The notes beneath the pieces were generated by a model, which ran no database searches, had not been told where the DNA came from, and saw only the letters and a program-made list of their open reading frames with translations. The position numbers and the translations under genes are program-made. A stretch of 64,000 nt of DNA, taken from contig JBAXSP010000001.1 in NCBI GenBank assembly GCA_037130655.1, positions 37,641 to 101,640 on the forward strand, in the 5' to 3' direction. The DNA is from a bacterium. Lineage in GTDB: Bacteria; Patescibacteriota; Minisyncoccia; Phycocordibacterales; UBA9973. Each line of letters opens with the position of its first letter. Position 1 is the stretch's first letter. This document shows, one piece after another, positions 26,991 to 36,192 of the stretch.

Positions 26991-27254
26991 TTATGCATGA
27001 GCAAGCTCGTGTTGCTCATCGCACAGTTCTTCTGGTTTAGTTTTAGGTTGAAACCCTAAAACAATAATTACCGATCCAATGATTCCTGAAAATATTCCAG
27101 CACCGAGTATTTGTTCGATTTGACTGTCTTTCAGATTTGGTACTGATAACAAGAAGTACATAGTGATAGCGGCACCGATAAGGATGGTAAATCCAATAAC
27201 TAAAGTGATTATTTTATTCATTTTTTTAAATATTATTTGGTGGTCAAAAGACAT
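26991..27254 (-). CDS. hypothetical small membrane protein
   Basis: 87 aa with two hydrophobic segments. Confidence 0.4.
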   Translation of the reverse strand: MSFDHQIIFKKMNKIITLVIGFTILIGAAITMYFLLSVPNLKDSQIEQILGAGIFSGIIGSVIIVLGFQPKTKPEELCDEQHELAHA

Positions 27255-27451
27255 ATCTCGTATAACCTTTGATCACCAAACAATATCTAAGAACTTTTCT
27301 ACATTAGTATTATAGCACAATATATAGTATTTTGTCAATAGCTGTGTACTCCGTACTACATCTACCCAATATGAGACGCCTGAAGGGGTATTTTCTTACA
27401 GAACATCAAAAAAGACCGAAAACCTTGAGGTTTTCGGTCTTTTTCTTTGAC

Positions 27452-28012
27452 TTATTCTGTAAACCTCTTAATTGCTACATAGATAAGCGCAATTAAGGCT
27501 ATTCCCAATATCACCACTCTCAAGATACTTGTCGCAGTCCCCCAGTATCGCATTGAAGCAATGATATATGAGAGTACTCCAGCCCAAGTAAACGCCGGTG
27601 AAAGAATCGGGTGACGTCGCACGATTCCCAATATGGTCAGTGCGATTCCAGCTACGATTAGAGTGACAAATACGTTCAGCTCATAAGCTTTGCGTTTTGT
27701 ATCGTAGTCTTTTTGTTTGGTGTAGTTTGGATCACAGTACCCTTTGCTCACGTCTTGTTTTTTTGGAGCAGTTTTCAACTCAGTATCATAGTTAGTATTC
27801 TCACTCCATTGTCCACCAACAGAGAGACAACTTTCTTTTGTTGTATACGATTCAACAACTTGCGGTTGTGCAAAATAATTTGCATACACCGGTTCTTTGT
27901 ATACAACCGACAATGTATAGTTCAAAAAGAGATTGATAACAATAACGAGACCAACAACAAGTGCAACGCGAACGAATTTATTTGAAGTATTTGTATTATT
28001 TGTTTCCATCAT
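27452..28012 (-). CDS. hypothetical membrane protein
   Basis: 186 aa with N- and C-terminal TM segments flanking a Cys-containing extracytoplasmic segment. Confidence 0.5.
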   Translation of the reverse strand: MMETNNTNTSNKFVRVALVVGLVIVINLFLNYTLSVVYKEPVYANYFAQPQVVESYTTKESCLSVGGQWSENTNYDTELKTAPKKQDVSKGYCDPNYTKQKDYDTKRKAYELNVFVTLIVAGIALTILGIVRRHPILSPAFTWAGVLSYIIASMRYWGTATSILRVVILGIALIALIYVAIKRFTE

Positions 28013-28080
28013 AGATACATTATACCAAATTTACTGTTTTAAACATATTATTTTTTGTCTATGTCTAGTACAATGAATAT

Positions 28081-28686
28081 ATGCAAAAACCAATGGAGTA
28101 CAACACAAAAAGTGGACAACGAATTGAAGTTCTTGCAATTCGTGCGACACGTTGGATTGGCTCTGTTTCTTCTATCGTATTTCACACAATTATCTTCATT
28201 CTTTGTTTCGTATTAATTCTCCTTGGCGCACCGACAGACAAAGTATTACTGACACTGACGACCATTGTCTCACTTGAAGCGATTTACCTCTCAATCTTTA
28301 TTCAAATGTCAGTCAATCGTTCAAACAGACGGTTGGTCGCTGTTCGTAAAGACTTGGAAGACATTCAAGAAGGAGTGGAAGAAATCGGGGAAGACATCGA
28401 ACACATTGAAGAAGATATTGGAGAAATCCAAAAAGACGTCGAAGAAATTCAAGGTGAAGTCGGAGAAATTAGTGATGACATTGAAGACATTCAGGAAGAC
28501 GTCAAAGAACTCGGCGAAGAAGTCGAAGACATCGGAGAAGAAATGGATGAAGATGACGAAGAAGGCAAGGCTCGCGATGCGATGATTATGGCAAAAATGG
28601 AAGTGAAGCTCGAAGAGTTACTCCAAGAAATTGCTGTCCTCAAAGAACAAACTGCAAAGAAAAAACCAACAAAGAAATCTGAATAA
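28081..28686 (+). CDS. DUF1003-like membrane protein with an acidic tandem-repeat domain
   Basis: N-terminal RIEVLAIRATRWIGSVSSIVFHTIIFILCFVLILL resembles the DUF1003 core. It is followed by degenerate ~9-10-aa acidic repeats (EDIQEGVEEIGEDIEHIEEDIGEIQKDVEEIQGEVGEISDDIEDIQEDVKELGEEVEDIGEE). Confidence 0.55.
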   Translation: MQKPMEYNTKSGQRIEVLAIRATRWIGSVSSIVFHTIIFILCFVLILLGAPTDKVLLTLTTIVSLEAIYLSIFIQMSVNRSNRRLVAVRKDLEDIQEGVEEIGEDIEHIEEDIGEIQKDVEEIQGEVGEISDDIEDIQEDVKELGEEVEDIGEEMDEDDEEGKARDAMIMAKMEVKLEELLQEIAVLKEQTAKKKPTKKSE

Positions 28687-28715
28687 AAAAACAGCATCCG
28701 AAAGGATGCTGTTTG
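28685..28715. terminator. bidirectional terminator (AAACAGCATCC-GAAA-GGATGCTGTTT)
   Basis: Perfect hairpin with a GAAA loop, between convergent genes. Confidence 0.7.
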
Positions 28716-28719
28716 CATT

Positions 28720-29133
28720 TTAAACATCTGAATCAATTGCATCGATTTTATTTTTTTTATGTTCTAAACATAACCTAACAATCAACACAACACTCAAAAT
28801 ACCACCGAAGACCATTTGAATAATAAATACTCTATTGAACGCATTTGATGATAATCCAATAGACCAATCCAGAACCAAAAATATAAGAAGAAGCGTTGTA
28901 TTGAATACTTTCAAGTATTTGTCATATCTTGAAATGATATCTTTTTCCTTGAAAGATATGCAGTAAAAAAAGAAAAGCTCCATAACCACAATCTTTAAGT
29001 GAAAGGAATTTCCTTTGTAAAATGGAATACTAGGCAGACTAAACGGAAGATCAACAGGAAAAAGAGACACGACAAAAATCAACGAGATTACTCCGAAAAT
29101 AAACATCAGAGTTTTGAATAAATTTGCTTTCAT
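28720..29133 (-). CDS. hypothetical membrane protein
   Basis: 137 aa with four hydrophobic segments. Confidence 0.45.
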   Translation of the reverse strand: MKANLFKTLMFIFGVISLIFVVSLFPVDLPFSLPSIPFYKGNSFHLKIVVMELFFFYCISFKEKDIISRYDKYLKVFNTTLLLIFLVLDWSIGLSSNAFNRVFIIQMVFGGILSVVLIVRLCLEHKKNKIDAIDSDV

Positions 29134-29325
29134 TATTATATATTTTATTTAAAAGATACCTTTTATATAATACTACTTTAAAATATAAAAGTCAATATAT
29201 CTATATTAATACTTCTGCCGTAAAGCACTTCTGTATGGGTGGTAGAAACATGCCACAAGCAATCGAGAATATCGAAAAGATTTTGAGAAAGATAAAATAA
29301 AAAATCCCGCAAAAGCGGGATTTTA

Positions 29326-29607
29326 TTATTTTTTCTCTGCATCTAATTTAAAGCCAACAGGCGTCATTTCATTGTTTCCATAAAAAGAGCTCTGTATTGA
29401 TTGTGATGCCAAAAAAGCATATGCTTCTTTCAATTCATCACTCGTACACCCGGTAAATTTTTCTAATTCTCCTAAAAGATTTCTAAACTTCTCTGGGGAG
29501 GCAGGCATTCCAGATATCATACTTTGATGTATCACTATTTTACCTAAGACTATATAAAGTCTATTATTTTTTTTATTTTGCATAACATTACAATTGTCCG
29601 ATAACAA
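29326..29607 (-). CDS. hypothetical protein
   Basis: 93-aa ORF. Start uncertain; the alternative Met is at 29583. Confidence 0.35.
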   Translation of the reverse strand: MLSDNCNVMQNKKNNRLYIVLGKIVIHQSMISGMPASPEKFRNLLGELEKFTGCTSDELKEAYAFLASQSIQSSFYGNNEMTPVGFKLDAEKK

Positions 29608-29723
29608 AATAACATTATTTTAATTTATTGTCAAAAAATTGATTTTAAAAGTCTTTTTTACTATTTATAGATATCTTATACTTTACATGTTAAAGTAATT
29701 AAGGAAAATTAAATGTACAAAAA

Positions 29724-30104
29724 ATGAAAGATACAAAAGCATCGTTGCGACGCTTTGCAAGAAATGTATTTTACTTCCACTTAGGCTGGATTCTAATGGT
29801 ATTCATTGGAACATTGGTGGAAACATTCTATCGTCCGTATGCCCATGTCCAAATTTGGATTATCATTGGTACTGCATTATTCCAACTGTTGGGACAAGGT
29901 CATTGCCCACTGACATATCTAGAAAACTCACTACTAGAAAAATCAGCTCCTGAGAAAGTCTATTGGGATCAAAAAACACACGAAGCATCTTTTGTTCGGT
30001 ACTGTCTAAAGAAATTTTTAGGCATTAGCGCACCCAAAGGAACCACGACCATTTCACTAATTGTGATATTAATTATCAGTACTTTAATTCTTTTATTTGA
30101 ATAA
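29724..30104 (+). CDS. DUF2784-like small membrane protein
   Basis: Two TM segments and a GQGHCPLTYLENSL motif, which is the CPLT signature of the DUF2784 family. Confidence 0.5.
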   Translation: MKDTKASLRRFARNVFYFHLGWILMVFIGTLVETFYRPYAHVQIWIIIGTALFQLLGQGHCPLTYLENSLLEKSAPEKVYWDQKTHEASFVRYCLKKFLGISAPKGTTTISLIVILIISTLILLFE

Positions 30105-30110
30105 CAATCT

Positions 30111-30138
30111 AAAAAAGATGCTTACGCATCTTTTTTTT
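30111..30138 (+). terminator. rho-independent terminator (AAAAAAGATGCTTACGCATCTTTTTTTT)
   Basis: Hairpin plus T8, seen directly. Confidence 0.75.
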
Positions 30139-30231
30139 ATTTCCTAAATTTTAAACTCAATTGCTTCGGAAATTGGTTTGTGGCCAATTTCCGACATCTC
30201 CGAATTCAAAATATAAATAAGTTTTACTTAT

Positions 30232-31338
30232 TTATATTTTGAATTCTACGACGTCGCCGTCTTTGACGATGTATTCCTTCCCTTCAGTTCGTACTAATCC
30301 TTTCGAACGAGCTTCCCCCATAGAACCTGCATCAAGCAAGTCTTTCCAAAAAACTACTTCTGCACGAATGAATTTATCTTTGAAATCTGTATGAATCGCC
30401 ATACCCGCAACTGGAGCAGTGCTTCCCTTTTTGATTGTCCATGCACGAGTTTCTTCTACACCAGTAGTGAAGTATGTTTCAAGTCCGAGCAATTTGTAAC
30501 AGCCACCAATCAAATCATTGATACCGTCATGTTCGCCACCCATTTCTTTGCGGAACATATCTTTTTCTTCACCTTCGAAATCTTTCAATTCATCTTCGAT
30601 TTTTGCATCAATCAAAATAAATTGTGAACCATCTTTCAAAATTTGTTCAGTCAATTGTTTGAAATATTCAGGTTTTTCTTCATCAAGATTTTTGACACCA
30701 GCTTTTTTATTGAGCCCGTAAATCATTGGCTTACTCGTAAGCAAGTTCAACATTTTTACTTTTTTCAATTCTTCTTCAGTATATGAAATACTGTTTGCCA
30801 ATTTTCCCTCTTCCAATACTTTTTCTACTCGTTTCAAAAGCACTTCTTCAAACAACGCTTCTTTGTCGCCTTTCTTTGTATCTTTTTGTAGATTGTTAAT
30901 CCGCTTCGTCACTGTTTCAAAATCTGCCAAAATAAGTTCAAGATTGATTACTCCGATATCACGAAGAGGATCAACATTGCCATACACATGGGCAATTTCT
31001 TTATCACCACCAGAGAGTGGAAATAGTCGGACCATATGGAGTATTGCGTCAGTCTCACGAATGTTTGCAAGGAATTTGTTTCCAAGTCCTTCACCCTTAC
31101 TTGCACCTTCAACCAGACCAGCAATATCAACGAATTCGATAGCGGCTGGAATCGTACGATTTGTTTTTGAAAAGTCTGCCAATTTGTAGAGACGGTCATC
31201 AGGCACCGCAACAATACCAACTGATGGATCAATCGTACAAAATGGATAATTTTCTGCAGGCACCCCCTTTTTGGTCAACGCATTAAAAAGCGTCGATTTG
31301 CCGACGTTTGGGAGACCAACAATTCCGATAGATAAACT
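30232..31338 (-). CDS. ychF: ribosome-binding ATPase YchF
   Basis: IGIVGLPNVGKSTLFNALT G1 motif, and the TGS domain at the C-terminus. Start set at MSLSIGIVG. Confidence 0.9.
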   Translation of the reverse strand, partial: SLSIGIVGLPNVGKSTLFNALTKKGVPAENYPFCTIDPSVGIVAVPDDRLYKLADFSKTNRTIPAAIEFVDIAGLVEGASKGEGLGNKFLANIRETDAILHMVRLFPLSGGDKEIAHVYGNVDPLRDIGVINLELILADFETVTKRINNLQKDTKKGDKEALFEEVLLKRVEKVLEEGKLANSISYTEEELKKVKMLNLLTSKPMIYGLNKKAGVKNLDEEKPEYFKQLTEQILKDGSQFILIDAKIEDELKDFEGEEKDMFRKEMGGEHDGINDLIGGCYKLLGLETYFTTGVEETRAWTIKKGSTAPVAGMAIHTDFKDKFIRAEVVFWKDLLDAGSMGEARSKGLVRTEGKEYIVKDGDVVEFKI

Positions 31339-31393
31339 CATATAAATACAACTATAACAAAAAATCACCGTTCTGGGAACGGTGATTTTTTGT

Positions 31394-31699
31394 TTACTTA
31401 TTCATCATTACTTGCATGATCGGAGCAAGGACATCTTTGTGTTTAGCAATTTCTGCTTTGTATTTTCCTGCTACCAGCATTCCGGCATACATTTCATTCA
31501 TTCCTTCTTTCTTTTTTTCCTCCACTTCTTTTTGAATCTTTTCAAACAATTCTTTAACTTCTTTGTTTGAGTCCAATGCTTTCAAGGCATTGACCATTTC
31601 TGGATTAGATTCCAATTGTTCTGCAATACGTTCAGCATCTTCTTTCGAAGACCCTTTCATTCGCAATGCACTTTTCATTAAAAATTTCTTCATTCCCAT
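31394..31699 (-). CDS. hypothetical small protein
   Basis: 101-aa charged helical ORF. Terminator at 31358-31391. Confidence 0.4.
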   Translation of the reverse strand: MGMKKFLMKSALRMKGSSKEDAERIAEQLESNPEMVNALKALDSNKEVKELFEKIQKEVEEKKKEGMNEMYAGMLVAGKYKAEIAKHKDVLAPIMQVMMNK

Positions 31700-31773
31700 A
31701 TGACGATTGTAGCAAAAATAAACACCCTATTCAACAGTATAAATATACCAAAATACCTGATATACTAACCAGT

Positions 31774-32457
31774 ATGGAAGAAGCAAAATTTGAAATAATC
31801 AAAAGATACGTTGAATCGAAAGAAGAAAAAGCCCTTAACGAGTGTTTGGAGCGACTAATTGAACGATCTGAAAGTATTGGTCTTGGTGGTAATGCAGAAG
31901 TGTTTGGTCTTAATGATCCTCACTTTGGGGAACTTTGCGTCAAAAAAATCCACAAAATACCTCAGATGAGATGTAATGACGAAGAAACTGAATTTGAATA
32001 TCAAGAAGAAATTGGAGAGCTTGGTGTCCGAGTACCAGCACTTATTGCTTATATTCAAAATGAAGAAACGAAAGATAAGTACATTATTATGGAACGCATT
32101 ATGGGGCCTTCTTTTGAAGACATTATCGAAAGAAATGTTGCACTACCCGAAAACTATAATCACACGGCGTTTTGGAAAGAACTCAACCGACAACTGAAAT
32201 TAATGCACGATGCAAATATCTATCACAGAGACCTTCATAAAGGTAACATTATGATAGACAAAGATGGCGGTCCTGCAATTATTGACTTTGGTACAGCTGG
32301 AAGATCTTGGGGTTCTGAAGAAAACCCGTATAAAGACGCTGTCCCTATGTTAAACAGTAAAACAGGTCGATATGATATGGCTTCTGGTTATTTTCAACGA
32401 GATGAAAGTAAGGCCGAATGGATACGAGGTGAAATAGCCAAAAAGTTGCAAAATTAA
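31774..32457 (+). CDS. small protein-kinase-fold protein (eukaryotic-like kinase motifs)
   Basis: Gly-rich loop LGGNAEVFGL, VAIK-like CVKKI, catalytic loop IYHRDLHKGNIMID and IIDFGTAG (DFG). Short C-lobe without an APE motif. Start set at the internal Met MEEAKFEII. Confidence 0.55.
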   Translation: MEEAKFEIIKRYVESKEEKALNECLERLIERSESIGLGGNAEVFGLNDPHFGELCVKKIHKIPQMRCNDEETEFEYQEEIGELGVRVPALIAYIQNEETKDKYIIMERIMGPSFEDIIERNVALPENYNHTAFWKELNRQLKLMHDANIYHRDLHKGNIMIDKDGGPAIIDFGTAGRSWGSEENPYKDAVPMLNSKTGRYDMASGYFQRDESKAEWIRGEIAKKLQN

Positions 32458-32498
32458 TTATATATGTTATAATTTAGAAAATTAATTAGTTCCCTATT

Positions 32499-32711
32499 AT
32501 GTCTATAAAAACAAGTAACGTTTTCAAGAAAAGCGTAGAGAAAAAAGCAAAAGAAATGATTGAGCAAGATATAACTTCTGCGGAACTAGGAATAGCTCCT
32601 TTTACGAAGTTACTCATATCTATCAACATAAAACCTGAAATAGTTTTTATGGAATTCACTTTTGATGATATTCCTGGCAAAACAATCTATATCGAAGGTC
32701 CTTCTGCTTAA
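32499..32711 (+). CDS. hypothetical small protein
   Basis: 70-aa ORF followed by a terminator at 32712-32741. Confidence 0.35.
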   Translation: MSIKTSNVFKKSVEKKAKEMIEQDITSAELGIAPFTKLLISINIKPEIVFMEFTFDDIPGKTIYIEGPSA

Positions 32712-32732
32712 TAAAATAACCACCATTGGTGG

Positions 32733-33503
32733 TTATTTTTTTAATTCAACACACATAAACATCGGAAATTCCTTACGAGCAACGTCTTCTGCAGATTTCC
32801 GTGGACCAATTCCACTTTCTTTGTGAGAAATCCATTCTTCAAGACCGACAACTGAAAGTCCGGTCTTTTTGAATAATTTGAAATACCATTGCAGTGGTCG
32901 GTGATACGACGTTGTGGTAATTTTCTTAGCTGTTTTTTGTCCAGGATGAGCATCAATCGCGTACGCAACCTCTTTCATATACAAATCAGTTCTTCGGTAT
33001 TGCACTTTTTTTGCTTCGTCATATCCCCAGTCACTATCTTTTGGAATACGGAAACATGGATGCATCAGTACGATATGCAAACTACCACCATCTATCAATA
33101 CACGTTTTGCTTCAGTGAGCACACCGAGCACGTTATCCATATTTTCAAGTGCAAGTACGATTACCGCTTTATCTTGTGATAAATCTGTCACACCCGACAT
33201 TTTGTCAGCACTGTGAATCAAATACTTGATATCTGTAGACTTTTCTTTTGCAGTAGCAATGAGCGATTTTGAACTATCAATACCAACAACTTGTGCGCCA
33301 CTGAGTGCAAACAATCGACTAAAATATCCTTGCCCACAAGCAATATCAACAATTCTATCTCCTTTCTTGGGACTCAAAAGGCGAATCAAGTTCGGAGCAA
33401 TAACTTTTGCTTGCAAAGTGTCTTCACTTTTTTCTAGATAATCATCGTACCAAGTAGAAACCTTTTCCCATGAAGTATCTTTTTTGTAATTTTTATTAGT
33501 CAT
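32733..33503 (-). CDS. class I SAM-dependent methyltransferase
   Basis: Motif I VDIACGQGYFS, and post-I acidic residue motif VVGIDSS. Confidence 0.75.
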   Translation of the reverse strand: MTNKNYKKDTSWEKVSTWYDDYLEKSEDTLQAKVIAPNLIRLLSPKKGDRIVDIACGQGYFSRLFALSGAQVVGIDSSKSLIATAKEKSTDIKYLIHSADKMSGVTDLSQDKAVIVLALENMDNVLGVLTEAKRVLIDGGSLHIVLMHPCFRIPKDSDWGYDEAKKVQYRRTDLYMKEVAYAIDAHPGQKTAKKITTTSYHRPLQWYFKLFKKTGLSVVGLEEWISHKESGIGPRKSAEDVARKEFPMFMCVELKK

Positions 33504-33530
33504 TGGTCATTAGTAATTAGTCATTACTTA
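33496..33530. repeat. tandem heptamer array (cattggt cattagt aattagt cattact)
   Basis: TAGTCAT family. Spans the methyltransferase start codon and the ndh stop codon. Confidence 0.6.
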
Positions 33531-34750
33531 TTATATTCTTTCAAATTATTTTCCTTTCGATACTTGCGTCCATCTAACCAAAGCCCTATAACCTTACCAA
33601 ATGGCATCCAGCCAGCAAAAAACTTCAAATCGATAACATGTCTCATAAAATATGCAAAACGTCCGTACAGCTTAAATTTGCCCATAGAAAAGACCGCCCA
33701 ATTATCTCCGATTGGAATCGCATATCCAACAGACTGTGCCTTGTATTCTTTGTATGACTTATTGCGAAGTGAATTATTGATCACAGTTGCAACATATGTA
33801 CCATCAAACATCGCTGTTTGTGCGAGTCCTGTGTATTGTGTCTGAGCACAGTCACCAACAATAAAGATTTCTCGGTGCGCCGGCACCCGAAGATATTCAT
33901 CAACAACAACTCTTCTTCGTGGAGAAAGTTCGACACCCGACATACTACTTGCCAATGAATTTATTTTTGTCCCCGCAGTCCAAATGACTGTCTTTGCTTT
34001 CATTGACATATCTCTAAGATAGACTTGCTCAACATCTTCTTTCATCAAGGTACGATTCAAGAAAATATTCACCCCCATACTTTGTAATTTCTTCAATACT
34101 TTTGCAGAAACATCAGCTGGTAATGATGGTAATACTTTTCCGGCCCCTTCAATCAAATCAACGGTCACCAGTGACGGGTCAACTTTCATTTTTCGAGCAA
34201 TACGCTTCATGAATGACACAATGTCACCTGCAATTTCAACTCCTGACGGACCAGCACCAACAATAACGACATGGTAATGCGACACACGTTCTTCTTCACT
34301 TGGATGCATATGTTCTTCAAACAATCCATAAATATGATTTTTGATTCGAAGTGCATCATTGGTTGATTTGAAAGAAAACGCCAACTCAGACACACCAGGA
34401 ATATCAAAATAGTTTGCTTCACTGCCGAGTGCAAAAACCAAATTGTCATAGTGATACACAATACCGTCTTGCCCGTGAACCTCTTTGTTTTCTGGAACGA
34501 TTTTTGTCACCACATCTTTCATTATTTTTACCCGCTCTGGAAGGACATCTTCAAGGGGTACACAAACCTCAATCGGAGAAGCGCAAGTCACCACACGATA
34601 AAGCGCTGGGTAATACTCAAAGTATGATTTATTTGAAATAAGAATAATTTCTGCAAAACTAGGTGCCTTTTTCGCCAGTTCTCGAGCACAAGAAATACCA
34701 GCGAATCCCCCACCAATAATGACAATTTTATGTTTTTTCTCTGAATTCAT
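33524..34750 (-). CDS. ndh: type II NADH:quinone oxidoreductase (NDH-2) / FAD-dependent pyridine nucleotide-disulfide oxidoreductase
   Basis: KIVIIGGGFAG FAD-binding fold, and a second GAGPSGVE NAD(P)-binding fold. Confidence 0.8.
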   Translation of the reverse strand: MNSEKKHKIVIIGGGFAGISCARELAKKAPSFAEIILISNKSYFEYYPALYRVVTCASPIEVCVPLEDVLPERVKIMKDVVTKIVPENKEVHGQDGIVYHYDNLVFALGSEANYFDIPGVSELAFSFKSTNDALRIKNHIYGLFEEHMHPSEEERVSHYHVVIVGAGPSGVEIAGDIVSFMKRIARKMKVDPSLVTVDLIEGAGKVLPSLPADVSAKVLKKLQSMGVNIFLNRTLMKEDVEQVYLRDMSMKAKTVIWTAGTKINSLASSMSGVELSPRRRVVVDEYLRVPAHREIFIVGDCAQTQYTGLAQTAMFDGTYVATVINNSLRNKSYKEYKAQSVGYAIPIGDNWAVFSMGKFKLYGRFAYFMRHVIDLKFFAGWMPFGKVIGLWLDGRKYRKENNLKEYNK

Positions 34751-34862
34751 ATATTCATAATATCACTATTTGACGATATTCTATAGCAAAAACAAGGTAA
34801 AAACCGTATACTTTAAAGAGCGGTATTTCCCTGTAATATATGGGATTCATATACGTCTATAA

Positions 34863-35384
34863 TTGATGAATAGCGAAGATTCCACAAACCAAGAAAAAGC
34901 CTTCCTCGATTGCTATGAAAAGTATAGTGATGCTATTTTTCGCTTCTGTTATTACAAAACTGGCGACCGTGAACTATCGCTCGACCTGACCCAAGAAACC
35001 TTTATTAAAACCTGGGAATATATCAGATCGGGCAAAAGTGTTGGAAACCTCCGTGCCTTTTTATACAAAATAGCCGGTAATGCGGTAATCGACTTTTATC
35101 GAAAGAAAAAAGCATTATCACTCGACCAGCTCGGAGAAGTAGGTTTCGACCCCACAGATACTCACTATACAGACAAAACAACACACCAACGAGAGGTAGA
35201 AGAGGTCAAGAAAGTTATCGACACTCTTGATCCAAAATATAGAGATGTGTTGTATTTCAAACTAATCGAAGAATTATCAATTAGTGAGATAGCGGATTCA
35301 ATAGGAATAAGCGAAAACGCCACGTCAGTACGAATCCACCGAGGTATCAAATTATTACAAGACAAACTCAATTATGAAAATTAA
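34863..35384 (+). CDS. ECF-family RNA polymerase sigma factor
   Basis: Sigma70 region 2 (LTQETFIKTWEYI...FLYKIAGNAVIDFYRKK) and region 4 (ELSISEIADSIGISENATSVRIHRGIKLL). Confidence 0.85.
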   Translation: MMNSEDSTNQEKAFLDCYEKYSDAIFRFCYYKTGDRELSLDLTQETFIKTWEYIRSGKSVGNLRAFLYKIAGNAVIDFYRKKKALSLDQLGEVGFDPTDTHYTDKTTHQREVEEVKKVIDTLDPKYRDVLYFKLIEELSISEIADSIGISENATSVRIHRGIKLLQDKLNYEN

Positions 35385-36189
35385 CAATTCACAATGGAAA
35401 AATGTTCGAATGAGCGATTCAGAAAAATCGCTTATTCGTGCACGTCTTGTACAATCTCTCCACACTGCACCAGTCCTTTCTCCTTATCACCCACGTCACA
35501 TCTTTTCTTCTTTTGGAATGGTTGGCAAAGCGGTAGTCGCCTTTTCTTTCATTTTTGTACTTGTTGGCGGTGGTTCTATTGCAAACAACGCACTTCCTGG
35601 TGACATACTCTACCCATTCAAAGTTGGAGTAATCGAAGAAATCAAATCATCAACTTATCGCACTCCTGCCCAAAAGATTGTTTGGCAAAAAACTCGTGTA
35701 GAAAACCGCCTCAAAGAGCTCGAAACATTGAGTACCAACGGAGATCTCACCCCTGAAAACAAAATCTTGGTTGAAAATCAAATCAACACACAACTGACAA
35801 CATTGAATGAGCAGATGACTGTTGCCAAGGCAAACCCGACACAAGAATCAAAAGATGCTGTTATTGAAGTAGCTAAACTTGAACAAACAATCGAGGATCA
35901 CAAGGAAGTCCTTTCGACACTCACGACAAACGTAGAACCAGCGATTGAAACACCAACAACACTTACAGCAATTGCAAGTTCAACAGAAATAATCAAGAAG
36001 GAAGTCGTAGAAACACCTATACTCAAGCTTTCAAGTACCCTTCAACAAATAACCAATACAATTGAACAAGCAAAAACGACAGCCGAAGAGATAGACAGTG
36101 TTATCAACGGAGCACCTGCTCACGACATTGTTTCTCCAGAAGATTTTTCTCAAGCCGTTACAACAACAGCTACTACAACAAAGAAATAA
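35374..36189 (+). CDS. putative anti-sigma factor / DUF5667-domain membrane protein
   Basis: Overlaps the sigma-factor gene by 11 nt. Has a single TM and a LPGDILYPFKVGVIEEIK motif typical of DUF5667. Confidence 0.6.
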   Translation: MKINNSQWKNVRMSDSEKSLIRARLVQSLHTAPVLSPYHPRHIFSSFGMVGKAVVAFSFIFVLVGGGSIANNALPGDILYPFKVGVIEEIKSSTYRTPAQKIVWQKTRVENRLKELETLSTNGDLTPENKILVENQINTQLTTLNEQMTVAKANPTQESKDAVIEVAKLEQTIEDHKEVLSTLTTNVEPAIETPTTLTAIASSTEIIKKEVVETPILKLSSTLQQITNTIEQAKTTAEEIDSVINGAPAHDIVSPEDFSQAVTTTATTTKK

Positions 36190-36192
36190 AAA

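Noticed and set aside
28360-28570. Regularly spaced ~27-30 nt DNA repeats considered as a CRISPR array.
   Set aside because: Repeats are degenerate, in frame within a continuous ORF with good coding potential and encode an acidic peptide repeat. There is no repeat-spacer alternation and no cas genes.
29237-29302. 21-codon ORF MGGRNMPQAIENIEKILRKIK ending at terminator 29303-29330.
   Set aside because: Too short and without a recognisable family. It could be a leader peptide but there is no supporting evidence.
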